Origin: Podarcis filfolensis
Lineage: Eukaryota
Direction: 5' to 3' (one strand)
Assembly (NCBI GenBank): GCA_964270895.1
Contig: OZ185438.1
Length of the DNA: 64,000 nucleotides
In this document: positions 38,060 to 51,692 of the stretch, in pieces
Layout of the letters: every line of letters starts with the position of its first letter
Numbering within the stretch: position 1 is the stretch's first letter
Position numbers and translations under genes: made by a program
The notes under the pieces: generated by a model
What the model was told of the DNA's origin: nothing
What the model saw: only the letters and a program-made list of their open reading frames with translations
Database searches by the model: none

Positions 38060-38450
38060 GTAGAGGGAATTGCTTGTCAGCCTGGGAACGTAGCCCATCT
38101 AGGAGAAGGAAAACTCTGATGCTAAACCTCCGCTGCTTTGCAGGATATCTTTGAGAGAAAAGGCCAAGGGGTAAACACTACACAAATCCAGAGTGGAGTC
38201 TCTAAAACAGTTGGAGGGTGCCTTCTATATCTCCTCCCAGCAACTCCTGCAGCCAAGCTGGTGCCAAACGTATTGCTCTGCTTTCCTTTAGACCACATCA
38301 GCGAAGCTGAGAGGAGGGTCTTATTATCTTGGCAGCCCAGGACCTCATGCACACTGCCCAGGCTTGCCCCCAAGGAGGTCACTTCAGTGCTGCTTACAAA
38401 GTGGACCCCTCCCCTGGAGGAGCACTCCATTGTCTCTAGAGATAGACAGA
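38060..38450 (+). mobile_element. RTE-clade LINE 5' UTR fragment
   Basis: AGGAGAAGGAAAACTCTGATGCTAAACCTCCGCTGC...GCAACTCCTGCAGCCAAGCTGGTGCCAAAC...CTTTCCTTTAGACC resembles RTE 5' regions as I recall them. Confidence 0.6.
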
Positions 38451-38784
38451 TGTCAACAGTATGTGTGGGGGATCATTCTGCAGAGCAAAAATGGAGCACA
38501 CTCTGAACTAAGGACCGGCAAGGGAAACCTCATCTTGCCCCCGTCTATTAGTCACTTTACACCTTACCAGTTTGTACTAGTACTGTTAAACTGATTTCCT
38601 CATTTTCCATTCCCCCTTTGCCCATTTGTTGTATGCCTTGAATATCTAAACTTTAAGTCTAAGGGCAACAACATTCTCTTTTCTTCTCTTTCATTCTTTT
38701 GATGTGAGTGAGCCACTTTGGGAGGCAATATATACTGTTGCAAATACACAAAATGCCAGCTTCCAGCACATACAATCATTTATT

Positions 38785-39870
38785 TGTAGAACTGTAGCAT
38801 TGAAAATGACTCCAAAGGTAATCTTGCCCAAGCCCCTGCTATGCAAGAATCTCAGCTAAAGCATCCCTGACAGATGACCATCCAACCTCTGCTTTGAAAC
38901 CTCCAAAGGAGGACAGTCCACAACCTCCTGCAGGAGACCATCCCCCTGTCGAACAATTCTTACGGTCAGAAAGTTTTTCTGTATGTTTAGTCAGAATCTC
39001 CTTTCTTGTAACTTGAAGCCATTGGTTTGAGTCCTACCCTCCAGAGCAGGAGAAAATAAGCTTGCTCCATCCTCCTCCCAGTCTTTTCCATGCTAAACAT
39101 TCTCTGCTCCCTCAACTGCTCCCCATAAGACTTGGTTTCAAGACATTTTATCACCTTGGTCACCCTCCTCTGTATACCTTCCAACTTGTCAATACCCTTC
39201 TTTAACTGTGGTGTTCAGAACTGAACACGGCACTCCAGGTGTGGTCTGATCAAGGCAGAATAGAGCAGGATGATGATCGTGACAATATACTTCTGTTGGT
39301 GCAGCCTATGCACGGTTAATAACATTGGGGATTTTTGCTGTTCCATCTCACTGTTGACTCATGTTAAGCTTGTGGTCTACCAATAACTCTGGATCTTTTT
39401 CACAAATACTACTAGCAAGCAAGGTGTCCCCCATCTTATCTTTGTGTACCTGGTTATTCCTGCTTAAGTGTAGAACCTTACATTTGTCTCTATAGTACTT
39501 CATTTTGTTAGATTTGCCCCAGTTCTCCAATCTATTAAGGTCATATTGAATCCTGATTCTGTCTTCTGTAGCATTACTGTAGTTACAAGTCCCAGTTTGT
39601 TGTTATCTATAAATTTGACGAGCATCCCCTCAATTCCTTAATCCAAGTCGTTTAGTTGAACAACAGGCCCAGGACAGAACCTGTGGCACCCCATTTGTCA
39701 CTTTTTTCCACGATGATGAGGAACCATTAGTGAGCACTCTTTGCATTCAGTCAGTCAACCAGCTACAAATCCACCAAATAATTACTTTGTCCAGCCCACA
39801 ATTTATGAGCTTCTTCATAAGACTATCATGGGGGACACTGTCAAAAGCCTTACTGAAATCAAGACACACT
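38785..39870 (-). mobile_element. 5'-truncated CR1 LINE, decayed RT and C-terminus
   Basis: The minus strand reads LDFSKAFDSVPH, GVPQ, NKMKY.RDKCKVLHL, DHKLNMSQQ and EGIQRRVTKVIKCLETKSY, with many stops and frameshifts. Confidence 0.9.
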
Positions 39871-42074
39871 TGATTTCACAAGACACACTTGATAATACAT
39901 GCACTGTTATAAACAGGAGTGCTTTCTGTATGAAGGAAAATTGTAATATGTCATGGCGTGACTCCACCCTACATTTTGACTGAACAGGGTTACACAACTT
40001 GCAGAGTTTAAGAAGAGATATTCAACAACTGCTCAATTTTTACACTATTACACTCTTCTGGAAAAAGTCACTTGATAGTACCAGGAATTATGCATCTACC
40101 CCGGGAAGACTTGAACAGAGGTCTGGGAAAACTCAAAATGTTTCTCGAAATAAAATGAAAGAGCTATCCTGCAAACTAAACAGCTGTGAAGAGCAATTTC
40201 AACTGACCCTGCTGTACAATGGTGCTAAATGTAACCTACATTCTAAGGGAGGATACAAGTTCGGTTAGACACGCTGCCAGCTGTGAACAGTTTATACCCA
40301 GCAATTATATAGTTGCACAAATGGAATAGATGTTTTCTCTGTCTGTATACTGTAAATGTTTACATGGAGTGTGATGTTGTAATAAGTGCCATCAAGGCAA
40401 GAAGGATCTGCTTCCCCATGGGAAAAAAATAAAATCCACATAGATTCACTTCAGTGTTCTTTGGGCACCATATGATTTGGTGACTCCTACTGATGTTAGT
40501 TTTAAAGACAAAAAATGTATTGTAGATATAATTCAATAAAGCCCGTATTGTCAAGCTATCTTATTGGCAAAGACAGTTTGTGAGATTTGCAAAGCTGCAC
40601 ACTATTTCACGACATTTTTGATTGGCCTAATAAAGGCACCACCCTAATATGGATGTTAGATTTAAAATAAAAATTAAAATGGGTCAACATGGCTACCTTT
40701 ACTCTTAGTGTAACTAGCATGGGTCCTTTCCTCTACTCCCAGTTAACAATGCCACCATACAACAGCACTAAGACGCCCAACCCCAGCATCGTGTTTGCTA
40801 AAAGCTTCTACAGATTTTGTGGTGTCATAAGACTGGGAGGACAGACAGTGCTCTCTTTAAGCAAATATCAGGGAGTACTGCAGCTTAGGATAGTTCCCAT
40901 TATCTGTGCACAGAGCAACAGAAAAAGAAACAGCTACAGAATAGTACAAGTCAGATTTCAAAGGGTCGTAAAACCAACTTCCTTCACCCCAGCGCAGGAT
41001 TTTCCCTTCTCCAGCCTAATCTCTTTGTTGTGTCTGCCCTCATCAATGAGCCCATTCATGCCCCATAATCAGCTCTGATTAGTGTTGCTTCACATCAGTC
41101 TCTTCCTCTTTCTTTTCTGCTCTGCCTGTAGAAGGATTGGAATCAGCTTCTGCACACCCCTCCTTGTTAAAAGCTGCACCTCTCCTGCTGACTTACTGCT
41201 CTCTCAATCAAAAGGGCAAGAGGAAACAGTTGGGATTCATTCTTCCCCCTTTTTTGAGAAACGGCACAAATGTCAACTTCCTAAGAGGATGTTTGGCATA
41301 GCTGAGTTCAGTCATGAAATGTACAAAGTCGGGATGATCAAAAGTTTGAAGGGCTGCCCACTGCTAGAGAGGAGGGGGGGAAAGAAAATGGGATCTCTTC
41401 TGTAGTTTTAAAGGAGACATGAACAGACTGCCTTCACGAGAAATGCTTCTTCTATTAAACTGAGACTTGGCAGCAAAATTCAGCTGCAGATCCCAGCAAA
41501 GTCTGTGCCTATTTTGATTAGGAATATTTTGACTGGGTCTAGTATTATTTATTACTGCATATATATATATATATAGATAGATAGATAGAAGGATAGAATA
41601 TCTACCATACACATCAGAACAGTTTATATTCTCAGGGATGCTTATTAGAGAGAATGCACACATGTACAGTATTTAATTTTGTTAGTCACTTTGTTTTCAT
41701 TTTAAACACTCTGGATTACTAATTTGTTTTCAGGGTGTTTTCCTTTAAAAAAATTTTTTTTTTAAAAAAGTCTCGTTAATAGAAGAAAAATATGACATTC
41801 AGCTTGCAAAATAGCACTTCCCCCACCCCTATGCTTCACTACAAAATCATGGATTTTAATGTCACTATGACCTACTGTTTTTGGCTGCAATTCTTTATCT
41901 AATCATTTACTAAGTCCTGCAGTCGTCAATGGGAGTCACCCACACGTAACAAATAGCAGGCGTACATTGTATGTCTACATACTAGCCTACAGACATTGTT
42001 CGGGGTTTAACCCCCGCTCCACTAAACTGTACCTCATGTTGTTTTCATAAAACTACAATACAAAATAATTGGTG

Positions 42075-42325
42075 GAACTCATCATCACAAAATGTGGATG
42101 AGGGGTACTAGCTCAGATGGCTTTAAAAGCGTTTTAGACAAGTTTATGAAGTTCCACCAAGAGTTACCAACCATAATAATGAATTCTAGGTAGTCTGGAT
42201 ACTAGAAGCAAGCTGAGTGCTGTTACCTACATGCCCTGTTCCTGGCTTTTCCAGATGCTTCTGGTTGGCCACTGTAGGAAAGAGGATATCGGGCCAGTCT
42301 TAAACGGATCCAGCAAAACTATTAT
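42075..42325 (+). mobile_element. CR1 3' end relic
   Basis: GATGGCTTTAAAAGCGTTTTAGACAAGTTTATG (~DGFKRGLDKFM), then GATGCTTCTGGTTGGCCCACTG...GGATCCAGCA. Confidence 0.6.
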
Positions 42326-44784
42326 TCCACTCTTTTTTAGACTATAAAGAGTCTATATGAAAAGGCACTCATTCTCAGATAAATTTGTACAATTGTTTTC
42401 TGCTACATAACTTAAATATTGCAGTGAAGTGAGAAAGGTATGGGTGATTTCTCTAGGGAAGGAAGTGTTTAAACACTAGTTCGGCAAATGGCGTTGGCAT
42501 ATTATTGCTTCTAAGCCTTACAATTCCCATCTGTAAAGTGGGAATACCAATGGCCTGCATATGACACCAGCCACGCTGGCTGGAGCTGAAGGGAACTGCA
42601 GCCCATAATATCTGAAGGGCACCAAGCTTGCTACCCCTGTGCTAAAGACACGTCAGCACGTAGTCACTAAGGTCTAGGGAAAATTTATTATATAGGCTTG
42701 GAGTTTCAAATTTTCTTTGCTTTTTAATTATTATTAGCTTGCTGCAAGCCTTCTTTTCTAGACCAGACTTGGTATTTGGCCTCCCAAACCTACGGCTCCT
42801 TCATTTTTTAAAGTCATTTATACTTTTCTCACATCTTCAAATATACTTTTATAAGGGTCTCCAAATCAGCTATGCAAATCTCCACCTGGCTTGTCATGGT
42901 CCTGAAAGGCTGAAAGTTTTACATGTGAGGACATGGAGATCAAACAATGATTGTGCCATATATGAATGTTGTGCAGCAGAGATTTGAGATGGTAAATAGG
43001 GTCTACCTTGGCAAATGAATGGGAAGCTGAGCATTTCTAGAGCTGGAAAGTGACATGTGAGATGTAGAAAAGGAAAAAGGGTGTGGGATATTAGAGGAAT
43101 GAGCAAGAGCTTAAAATGCCATCTGTCATCTGTCAATTCGCTGGGCAGGATCCACCTAACAAGCCCTGTCAGCAGAATCCCTGCACAAGGACTTCCACTA
43201 GCACAACAGGGCTTTCCCATCCTCTCCTGCCCCCCATGCACCCTGAAATTGGCTATGGGGAGGTCAGGAGAACCGCTACAACTGTGCATGGGGGTTGAGG
43301 GCATGACCATTCTGTCTGGCAAGCCACAGTGCTTGCTGCTTGCATTGCTGGAACATTCATCCATGGTACTGTTATGAGTTTGTAGGTGCCTTGACTACCC
43401 TGAATTCCTGGGTCTAGTGGGTGTTTTAGCTTAATCAATGCTTGGAGTATTGAAATGGGCTGCCAGGTGCTGGATTTGCCAAAGTGCTAAAATACAGGAC
43501 CAAATCGGTTTTTCAGTACTCAGGAAATCACCTGGGAGAAGAACCATCAAGGAGAACAAAGGCAGGTGATGGGCTCTCTGCCAGTCGGCATATGGGTGGA
43601 GCCCTGCGCTGAGCTCTGGGTAGAGTTTCTAGGAAGGAATTTTTCAGGATTTCAGTTGGGGATGATGTAAGCTGGAGAAAAATAGTCAGTCTGTTAAAAT
43701 ACATCAAGCTGGAGAGAGGGGAACAGAGCACGATGTGGGCTGACAGTTTGAATCGGAGTCTGCAGCAATGGGAGAGATGGGACGCTCTTGGAGTGTAATG
43801 CTTTGAACTGCTCCATCATAGGCTCATGTTGTATATATGTGTAAATAAACCATAAATTATAAAGACACCCTAGTCTCCACTGTGCCTCATTGTCCAAAAG
43901 GAAACACAGATCCCGGGTAAGCAACTGGAGCTCCTGGAATCTCAGAGTGCTGTGAAGAGTGGGGTGGCAGTGTTATGTAACAGTATAATGTTGAATTTCA
44001 CCCATCATATTCAGCACTGGGTGTAAGAAATATGTCTCATTTTTAAGCTAACATTTTCTTTACGCCAGATTTGCTTGATCACAAGTCAACAGCTCCTTAT
44101 CTCACTATAAAGCATCTTGCCCTATACTGCTCAAGGATAAATATATCATTTCCTCCAAAATATAAAAACGTTCTGGTTCTGCAACAACCTGCCCTGACCC
44201 TCACTTACTCTAATTTTTATTATTATACCCTTGTTTACAGCTTTAGTTTCCCAACCAACAGATAAGTACTGTTCACTTAATTGAGCCCTGCCCTAGAGCA
44301 CACAGCATCTCAGGAAGAGGATGAACACAGAGGCAACACAAAAAAGAAAAGTGCTCCTGTACCTTAGTTTGCTTAGCAAGCTTGAGGACACAAAGGATAT
44401 CTTAAAAATTGAATGTACTACTATCGTCAACTACTCCGTTTGCTCATAATGTTATATAACAACAGGATATAATGATCAGGGTAGATATCTGGATAGTAGT
44501 TATATTTCTTGGTGGCACAGCCTGGAAATGTCACCACAGGGAAAGTAATTTTTCTTTTGCGTGTCTACATACAAACACACTGCATATCTGAAATTCACTC
44601 TCACCTCTCCTAGTGTGATATCTCATTAACATTACAGTTCCTATAAAGAGATTAAATCAAGGCTACAAAAAGTTAAGTGCCTTCATATAGCCACACAGCA
44701 AATGCACTGAAACAAGCAAGCCTTTTGGATTTCTTCTGCAACTAAAAACATTTCACACCAACTACAATTTCACTGGAATCCAGA

Positions 44785-44930
44785 GTAAATAATAAATCAC
44801 AGAATTTTATAATTGGAAGGCATCATGCAGGTCATCTATTCAAACCCTTTCTTGGCTGCAGGATCTGCAATGTAGGTTGCCACTGCAGCATCCCTGACAG
44901 AAGCTACCCAGCATCTGCTCCTGCAAAAGA
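44785..44930 (-). mobile_element. CR1 3' end relic
   Basis: ATCACAGAATT..TTGGAAGG..GGTCATCTATTCAAACCC..AGCATCCCTGACAGA, similar to the end of the CR1 at 38785. Confidence 0.55.
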
Positions 44931-44944
44931 GAGCTCCTGAAGAA

Positions 44945-45361
44945 CAATGGGTAAATCTGTCAATTTTGGTTTCTTTCACTTTCTCATTTTTCCAATCTTA
45001 AGTACAGTTCACCACATTTCCATCTCAGTTTGCTATAAAAAATTAATTCAAAATCGTAAAATTCATTAGCATTTTAGTGTGAATTTTTCCTTACACATAT
45101 CTGTATGCAGTTTTGCTCAATATACAGAATTTTGCAGAGCTAGTCTCTCTAATAAAATGCACCTTCGTGATATTTTCATGAATGTAAGCATTTAATATGC
45201 ATTTTTGTATCCATAATGTGGCTGGAGAACTGAACTGCAACATTCAAAGAAATATGAATTTGGAAGGATGACTGTTTCGTTTCACACATTATTTCAGAAG
45301 GAGCAAGTTAGGTAGGTTTGCTTTTAAATGCGAACTTAATTTATTTTCTCCCGCATCCCTA
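44945..45361. mobile_element. Old non-autonomous DNA-transposon-like repeat; related fragment at about 27480-27680
   Basis: The motif TGGCTGGAGAACT.(A/C)ACTG.AA is shared between the two loci. The element ends in CATCCCTA. Confidence 0.45.
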
Positions 45362-45563
45362 CTTCTGAACCAGCTTTTGTCAAGCAGTTCTTGTCATTAG
45401 GAAGTTTCTCCTAATGTTCACTAGAAATCTAGTTCCCCACAGAGTTATACCCATTGCTCCCCTCTGGAGCAATAAAGGACATGTTAGCTCCATCTTATGC
45501 ATTACAATCCTACACATGCTTGAAAATTAGTTTCTATTAGCTCTATAGCCTAATTTTTTTAAA

Positions 45564-45573
45564 ACACACACAT

Positions 45574-45632
<59 letters not shown>
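45564..45632. repeat. Compound (CA)n(GA)n microsatellite
   Basis: Seen directly; the uninterrupted (GA)n runs 45587-45632. Confidence 0.97.
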
Positions 45633-45635
<3 letters not shown>

Positions 45636-48149
45636 TAAGGTGCGGTTCTCCAGTCTTTTACACATGCAAACAGAAGAATTATCTAATTAAGATATTTTCA
45701 GTGAAAAGTTTTCTTTTCCACGGTGTGCGTGTGCATATGGTGTTTATAAACTGTCTTTTAACATTTAGATATTTTATTCATTTTTCCACATGGTACAAGT
45801 AGAACACATATCACTGTTGGAAAGATACCAATCAAATAGCATGGCGCTGAATCTAAGGAACTCTAACAACAGAGGGCTGAACCAGCAGCATAATAGGGAG
45901 CACAAGACACTATCTTTTGAAAGCAATACAGAACCTTAGAGGAGGTGCTTAATACACAGAGGGTAACACTTTATCAAGCTTTAGCCCTGTCCTCTGAGGA
46001 GGAGCAGGTGGAACAAAACAGCAGATATGTGTACTTCTAGCTACCGCAAGAAGCTGTTGGTCACAAACATCTGTACCCCAGGACCAGAGGTCTCCACACC
46101 AGTTGATTGGGTTCTCGGCCCACTCTCAGATTCTGCTCCCCAATCCCCTTCAGAAGCATAAAAATAGATGAGATGATAAACCAAAAAGAGCTTCACAATT
46201 GCCACATGAGGTGTGGGAATAACAGGCAATCCCCTGTCTGAAGGCCAGGAAGTAGGTGAGCTTCCAGTCTGAGCTGTTTCACTGCCGAAGCAACAACCTC
46301 CACAGAGTTCCAAGTTCAGCCTTTCTGAACTGGGAAAATAGGCACATTTCATTTTTAAGATCTAAGCTCTGGTCACAATACTCATAATCTGGACCATACA
46401 CTGGTCACAGCTTATATTAATCATTGAGTCACAGGAAAACTCAGCAGGACTTAGCAGCTAAATCATTTTGTACCACAAGATGGTAAATGTATGGATGGAT
46501 ATGAAGGCTGCCATAAAACTATGTTTTGGAGGATCAGAAAATAGCTCTGCGTTCACACACTTCCACCATGGTTATGGGCTGTAGTCTTCATGCAAACCAC
46601 ATTTTTCCAGTTTGGATGTTATACTAATCAAACCAGGAACTTACTTATTAAGCTAAGTGTGTGGTGTGAGAGCAGGGGGAATGTGTACTCCCAATCCTCC
46701 AAATGACGGATTGAAGGATCAGAAACCTTACACGTGGATCAGTTAATGGTATCTATCTACTCACTGGATAGGTTATATATCTGTAACTTACAAACAGAAA
46801 AAGTGCCTTGGATGTTAGCACTTTCCCCAAGAAGAACCAATAATAGCAACTTCCTTTCCTTAACGCAAACTTATTTTGTCAGGATTTCAGATTGTGCATG
46901 AAGATTTGCTTTATTGGGCTATTTCCAGGTAGGTGTTTATTGCGGGATCAGCGCTCCTCATGCATGCAAGCTTTTGGCAGCATCTATATGATGTCATTGG
47001 GAATAAAATGGCAGCCTGTTTCCAATGGAAATCCAGCAAGTTCTTCAAAAAAGCAAACAAATCTGTTACCATAAACTTGCTGCACTATTTGCCAATTAAG
47101 ACCCCATCTGAAAGCACCCCAAGTCCCACCTTTTTTAATGATCGCTTCCTTCACCCTGTTTGTATGGGTGGCATTTTGGAGAATCACACCACTCTGCCTA
47201 CTAAAGCCATTTATTATTTGTAGGAAGACAGTGGAAAACTTTAAGCACATGCCTATGGGCAATGCAACCCTGAAGAAAAGGGCAATTACTGCTAGGCGGT
47301 ATTCTCAGCTTAAAACTCCTATGATTTAAATAGCCACTTGAGCTGTGCTCTCGCAGTTTACCATGCCAATAGAATACCTAAATGAAATTACAACCTTCTG
47401 ATATGCAGCAGGGTTCCCATTCTTTACTGTGTAATATACACGGCCGGGAGAAATTGCATGACAGTTTGCTAAGGCAGAATATCACAAGAACGTTCACCCC
47501 CAACATATGATTATGCTTCTTATTTCCTGGAAAGCACATCTAATGACGTACGGCACGCATGATACCCATGTTTTGGAGAACTCGAGACATGTGCCCTGAA
47601 GTATACTGCCACAACCCTTCAGCAACACAGCTCCTCTGTAATTTGCACTGACTTTGTTTTGCCAGCAGCGTTACCCCACGCTAGCATGGGATCATAATAG
47701 AAAATCCTAGAACATGCAGAGAGGAAAATAAAAGCAAATAATACATCTATGGGGGTATCTTATTAGATGCATTTATTAGCCTATTTTATCGTACCAATCA
47801 TTAAAGCATTATGAGGATCTCCCCTGAACTCAGGGGAGTTTCAAGGCAGCTTATGATTCCGCATGTAAGGCTGCTCTTAAAAAAGAAAAAAGAATCCCCA
47901 CATACACACCAGAAGTTAATGGAAGAAGTTAAGCTTGTTAAAACACACACACAATAAACATATGACTACACAGAAGAAGATAAAAACAGTTTCACCGCCA
48001 TATACTTGCCCAAGCTGACATAATAGGTTTTATCTCCCACCTGTTCCTCAAGTACTCAAGACAGTATACATGGTCTTCTCCCCCTTTTTATCCTCATAAT
48101 TCCCTTAACAACTTGAGACCAGTCGACTTGCCTTACCCCACATGTTCTC

Positions 48150-48450
48150 ACTCAACTGCTTTGATTGGTGGAATTGGCACTGCTACAGGTGCCACAGTCT
48201 GCATTTGTAAGAAATTGATTGTTTATTGTGGCAGCACCTGCACTTTGGGACTCCCTGCCTATTGAGTGCTTGCTAAAGCCCTTCTTGTTCAGACAAGCCT
48301 ACCCAGATGCTGAGAAAGTTGTTAATCTGTGTTAGTATTTTAACTTTTGTGTGTTTTCTCACTTTTATTGTTTTATCTTTTTGTAAACTACTTTGAAGTT
48401 TTTTTTACAATAAAGTGGTGTATACCTTTTAATAAGTAAATAGATAGATA
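48150..48450 (+). mobile_element. Old L2 3' end
   Basis: GTGGCAGCACCTGCACTTTGGGACTCCCTGCC (~VAAP.LWNSLP)...TTCAGACAAGCCT, a T-rich UTR and a (TAGA)n tail. Confidence 0.55.
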
Positions 48451-48677
48451 GTGACCCTGTGAGGAGGTTTAGATCAAACTTTTTCTCTCTGGGAATTAAA
48501 ATTTGCTTGCATCACACTGAATTTTTTATTGATAAGAAATACGTTGGAAAACAAAAAGAAATGCTTGTTTTGTAACATAGAACACTACTACTTTATAATA
48601 TGATCATGGGACATCCAGAAAGTATGAAACAATTCAGCTACATATTCTATTTTTTTTTATTAAAAAACCCCGTTATG

Positions 48678-48723
48678 ATACTATACTATACTATACTATA
48701 CTATACTATACTATACTATACTA
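48678..48723. repeat. (ATACT)n pentanucleotide microsatellite
   Basis: Seen directly; about 9 units. Confidence 0.97.
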
Positions 48724-49818
48724 CAATGAAATGTTTTTATTTTTATTTTTGGGGGATTGTCCTTGAATCGTTCCACCACACTTGCTATCCTCTCATGCCA
48801 CACCCGTTGTGAACCAAATGATGGCAGAAATGTGACTTGGCCTGACGGCCCCTGTTTGGGAGATAGGTTTGGTGGCCTCTTCAGAGACTGTTGCCAAACT
48901 CAGCATGAGGGTTCCCAAGGTGAAAGCAGTGGTCTTCATCACTGTTGGGATGTCAGACACCAATATAAATAAAGATGGCAGACCGAAACCTGCCTTTGAA
49001 TTAACTTCCCCCAAATATTTTGATGGGACCAAGCTAGCAAATTGCACTACTCATTTAAAAATCACAATTTTGTTTGGTTTCTAAAAAAAATTATGGCCAA
49101 GCACTTTCTATTAGCATAATATGAAATATATATGAAAAATTGGGGGAAAATACTACCTTTCTGGGCTCCCTGGCTACAAAAATGGCAGAGAGAAACAGTT
49201 AACCTCACGTGGTTGAACAAAACAGAACAATAATAGCCTATTTTCATGATGCAGATTCAATGCTACTTGTTTCCATGCTCATTAATAACTTAGGGAAAGA
49301 GAGAAGCAACATTTTCAGTTTGATGGAAGTGTTTTGAAGGAGCACATATTCACTACATTTCAGGGCATTTGTTTCAAGGCAGTGAATGAGAGTTCACACC
49401 AAATCTGTATACCTAACATGTTTTGTGTGTCTTCACCTACAGATAGCACAATGCTAAAAGACAGGAGGTCATAAATCATTATAAAAATCCCCAAAACTCT
49501 ACTGATTCCGATTGGAAATAAACCATGTGTCATTTGCCAGAAAATATGTACCGTACTGTTTCCACTATCTGATGTATACACTTTTCGGCACTAGTGGAGA
49601 AACCCTTGAACTCTCTCAAGAGCCTCTTTCATCATTCACAAAGCATTATTTAGCTGTGGAACTCAGAATTTCCATAAAATTAGCATTTGTATACTGGTTA
49701 CAGTTCGCATCAATAAAAATGGTATATACTACTTAGAATTAGTTTACTATTTTCTTGGTGGCAATTAGGGCATAACCCACATTAAGAAGTAGTTGCACTC
49801 ATTGTGCTGAGTGACATC

Positions 49819-49970
49819 CAGTGCTCCCCCCCTTAAAAAAAATGTTTAGGGGGGTACTCTAATTTTCCTACTCATATTGAAATACTGCCCCACAATGAGG
49901 CCAAACTTAGATTCACAAAATGTTTAGGGGTATGCGTACCCCTGCATACCCCCAGAAAAAGAAAGCACTG
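49819..49970. mobile_element. hAT MITE (152 bp) with perfect 8-bp TSD
   Basis: GTGACATC|CAGTGCT...AGCACTG|GTGACATC, with the TSD at 49811-18 and 49971-78. Confidence 0.9.
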
Positions 49971-50354
49971 GTGACATCTATAATATTTTTACATAGCAAA
50001 ACCATTCTGTATAGATGATAGGTTTTACGTATATTAACTAATAACTGTTTTTGAATTTGGGTGGTACTGCCTTGTCTCTGAGTGCGTTTTGTAGACATCA
50101 TGGTGTGGAATGATTTCCAGGAAAGCAATCATTCAGAAGTATTTTCCAGACAGAAGAAGTGCTTCATATTTAGAATAAGACCATTCATTCACCTAGCTAG
50201 TAGAGTCTACTCTGTCTCATTAGTTCAAGTGATTAAAATATATATTTAAAAATATTTAAAGACTGCAGGTGTTCCCTTTCAACTGTATTTCCCCCCTCTT
50301 AGCTAAATATAACATGAAATTTGTCCTGCCTGTTCCACATTTGCAAACACTGAT

Positions 50355-50495
50355 GTGAATTTGCCTTATGTGCAGAGGGTCCCAGTTTCAATTTCCAGGC
50401 AGGAATGAGAAAAAATCCTGTAGGTCTGCTGCCAGTCAGAGTAAACAATGCTGAGCTAGCTGGACTAGCTGACATAAGGCAGCTTTCTATGTAGC
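50355..50495 (+). mobile_element. Degenerate Squam2-like SINE
   Basis: TGTGCAGAGGGTCCCAGTTTCAAT (B-box-like)...CTGCTGCCAGTCAGAGTAAACAATGCTGAGCTAG...ATAAGGCAGCTTTCTATGT. Confidence 0.6.
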
Positions 50496-50773
50496 AATAG
50501 GTATTTTTTAATTGCTTGGCCTCTGAATAAGCATTTTAATTAAATCACTCCATGTATTTTATTTTTTAAGGTTTGGCTATGTCTAAGTTTTCACAACGTT
50601 TATAGGTCTGAACATGTTTTTATGGGCCAAAGTAGATGTTGCAAAACTAGCACATGTATCAGACTCAAAATGTGTGTGTTTAAGAAGAAGAAGAAGAATG
50701 AAGCAAGCATGGAAGGCGGCAAATTTGAATGGATGAGCAGGCGAAAGGGGAAGCGGCTGTGCAACCCTCTCAC

Positions 50774-50814
50774 CTTTTCCTACTCAAAATCCCTTCCTCC
50801 ATCTGCTTTTGAAC
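50774..50814 (-). CDS. Candidate first coding exon (41 nt): 12-nt UTR plus MEEGILSRK and a phase-2 donor
   Basis: Acceptor TATTTCTCCCTGCAG|G and donor AAAG|GTGAGA are both near consensus. The ATG is at 50802-50800 with G at +4. I do not recognise the protein. Confidence 0.55.
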
Positions 50815-51502
50815 CTGCAGGGAGAAATACAGGTGCCAAGCATGCGTCTGCATAGAAGATTCCCACAAAGCCTCACGTGTGAATTATTCATATCATCTTA
50901 TAAGGAAAAAGAACAGAAGGGTGAAGAGTTAATTTTATTTTATTTTTTTTAAAAAAACCCTTCATGTGCAAAAAAAAAAAAAGGAACTCCGATCTATAAA
51001 CGAACTACTTTTTCCCTCTTATTCCCAAAGGTTGCTTTTATAGAAGCATTTTCTTTTACTATGCATTCACTGGAGAGTTCCTTTTCTGCTTGGCTGGGCA
51101 ATCAGGTATTCAGAGCATAATGTAAATGCTCAGAAACACAGGCATGAAAAGTTGCCAGACAAAGAATCCAAGTGAAGGATTTAACATTTTCTTTTCTTCC
51201 CGACCCCTTCCAACAGCACACTCCTGTCTCCTACAAGCACCTTGTTAGCTACTGCCAAGGCTGACACCCACTGGTGACAGCAGGAAAACCCACCATTGCA
51301 AGCGAAAGTCAACCTAAACAATATTGATTGGTCTGTCACTAGCAATTAATGTAGAGTAAAGCTTTCTCAGCTCTGTTAAAACTGCTAAAATCTTCAGCCT
51401 CTAGTGTGATAAGAAAACAAAACAAATATTATATTTCCTGCTTTGCTTCGGAAGCACCAATAGCTGCAGCCACTTCACAATGTCTGAATCCTCATCACTC
51501 AC

Positions 51503-51692
51503 CACCACGGTTGTAGTTCCTGTTCCAAGTGATGACGAAGGAGCCTCTCTGCCTCTTGAGAGTGACAAGGCTTGGCTGCTTCGCCTGCCTCAGCTTTTTG
51601 AGTTCACAAGGATCCACAGGGAGTGCTGAGGCAGAGAACTTAGGGAGGGGAGAGGTGGGAAGGAAAATCACTGGAGCCTCTTAACGATCAAA
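51503..51692 (-). other. Candidate non-coding first exon
   Basis: The 3' boundary is a consensus donor GTG|GTGAGT at 51503/51502. The 5' end is only inferred, about 25-30 nt downstream of TATTTATAA (51718-51726). Confidence 0.45.

Noticed and set aside
46872-46935. Plus-strand AG...GTAGGT exon-like segment
   Set aside because: It is isolated, the peptide is unrecognisable and no other plus-strand exon is supported, so it is probably a chance match.
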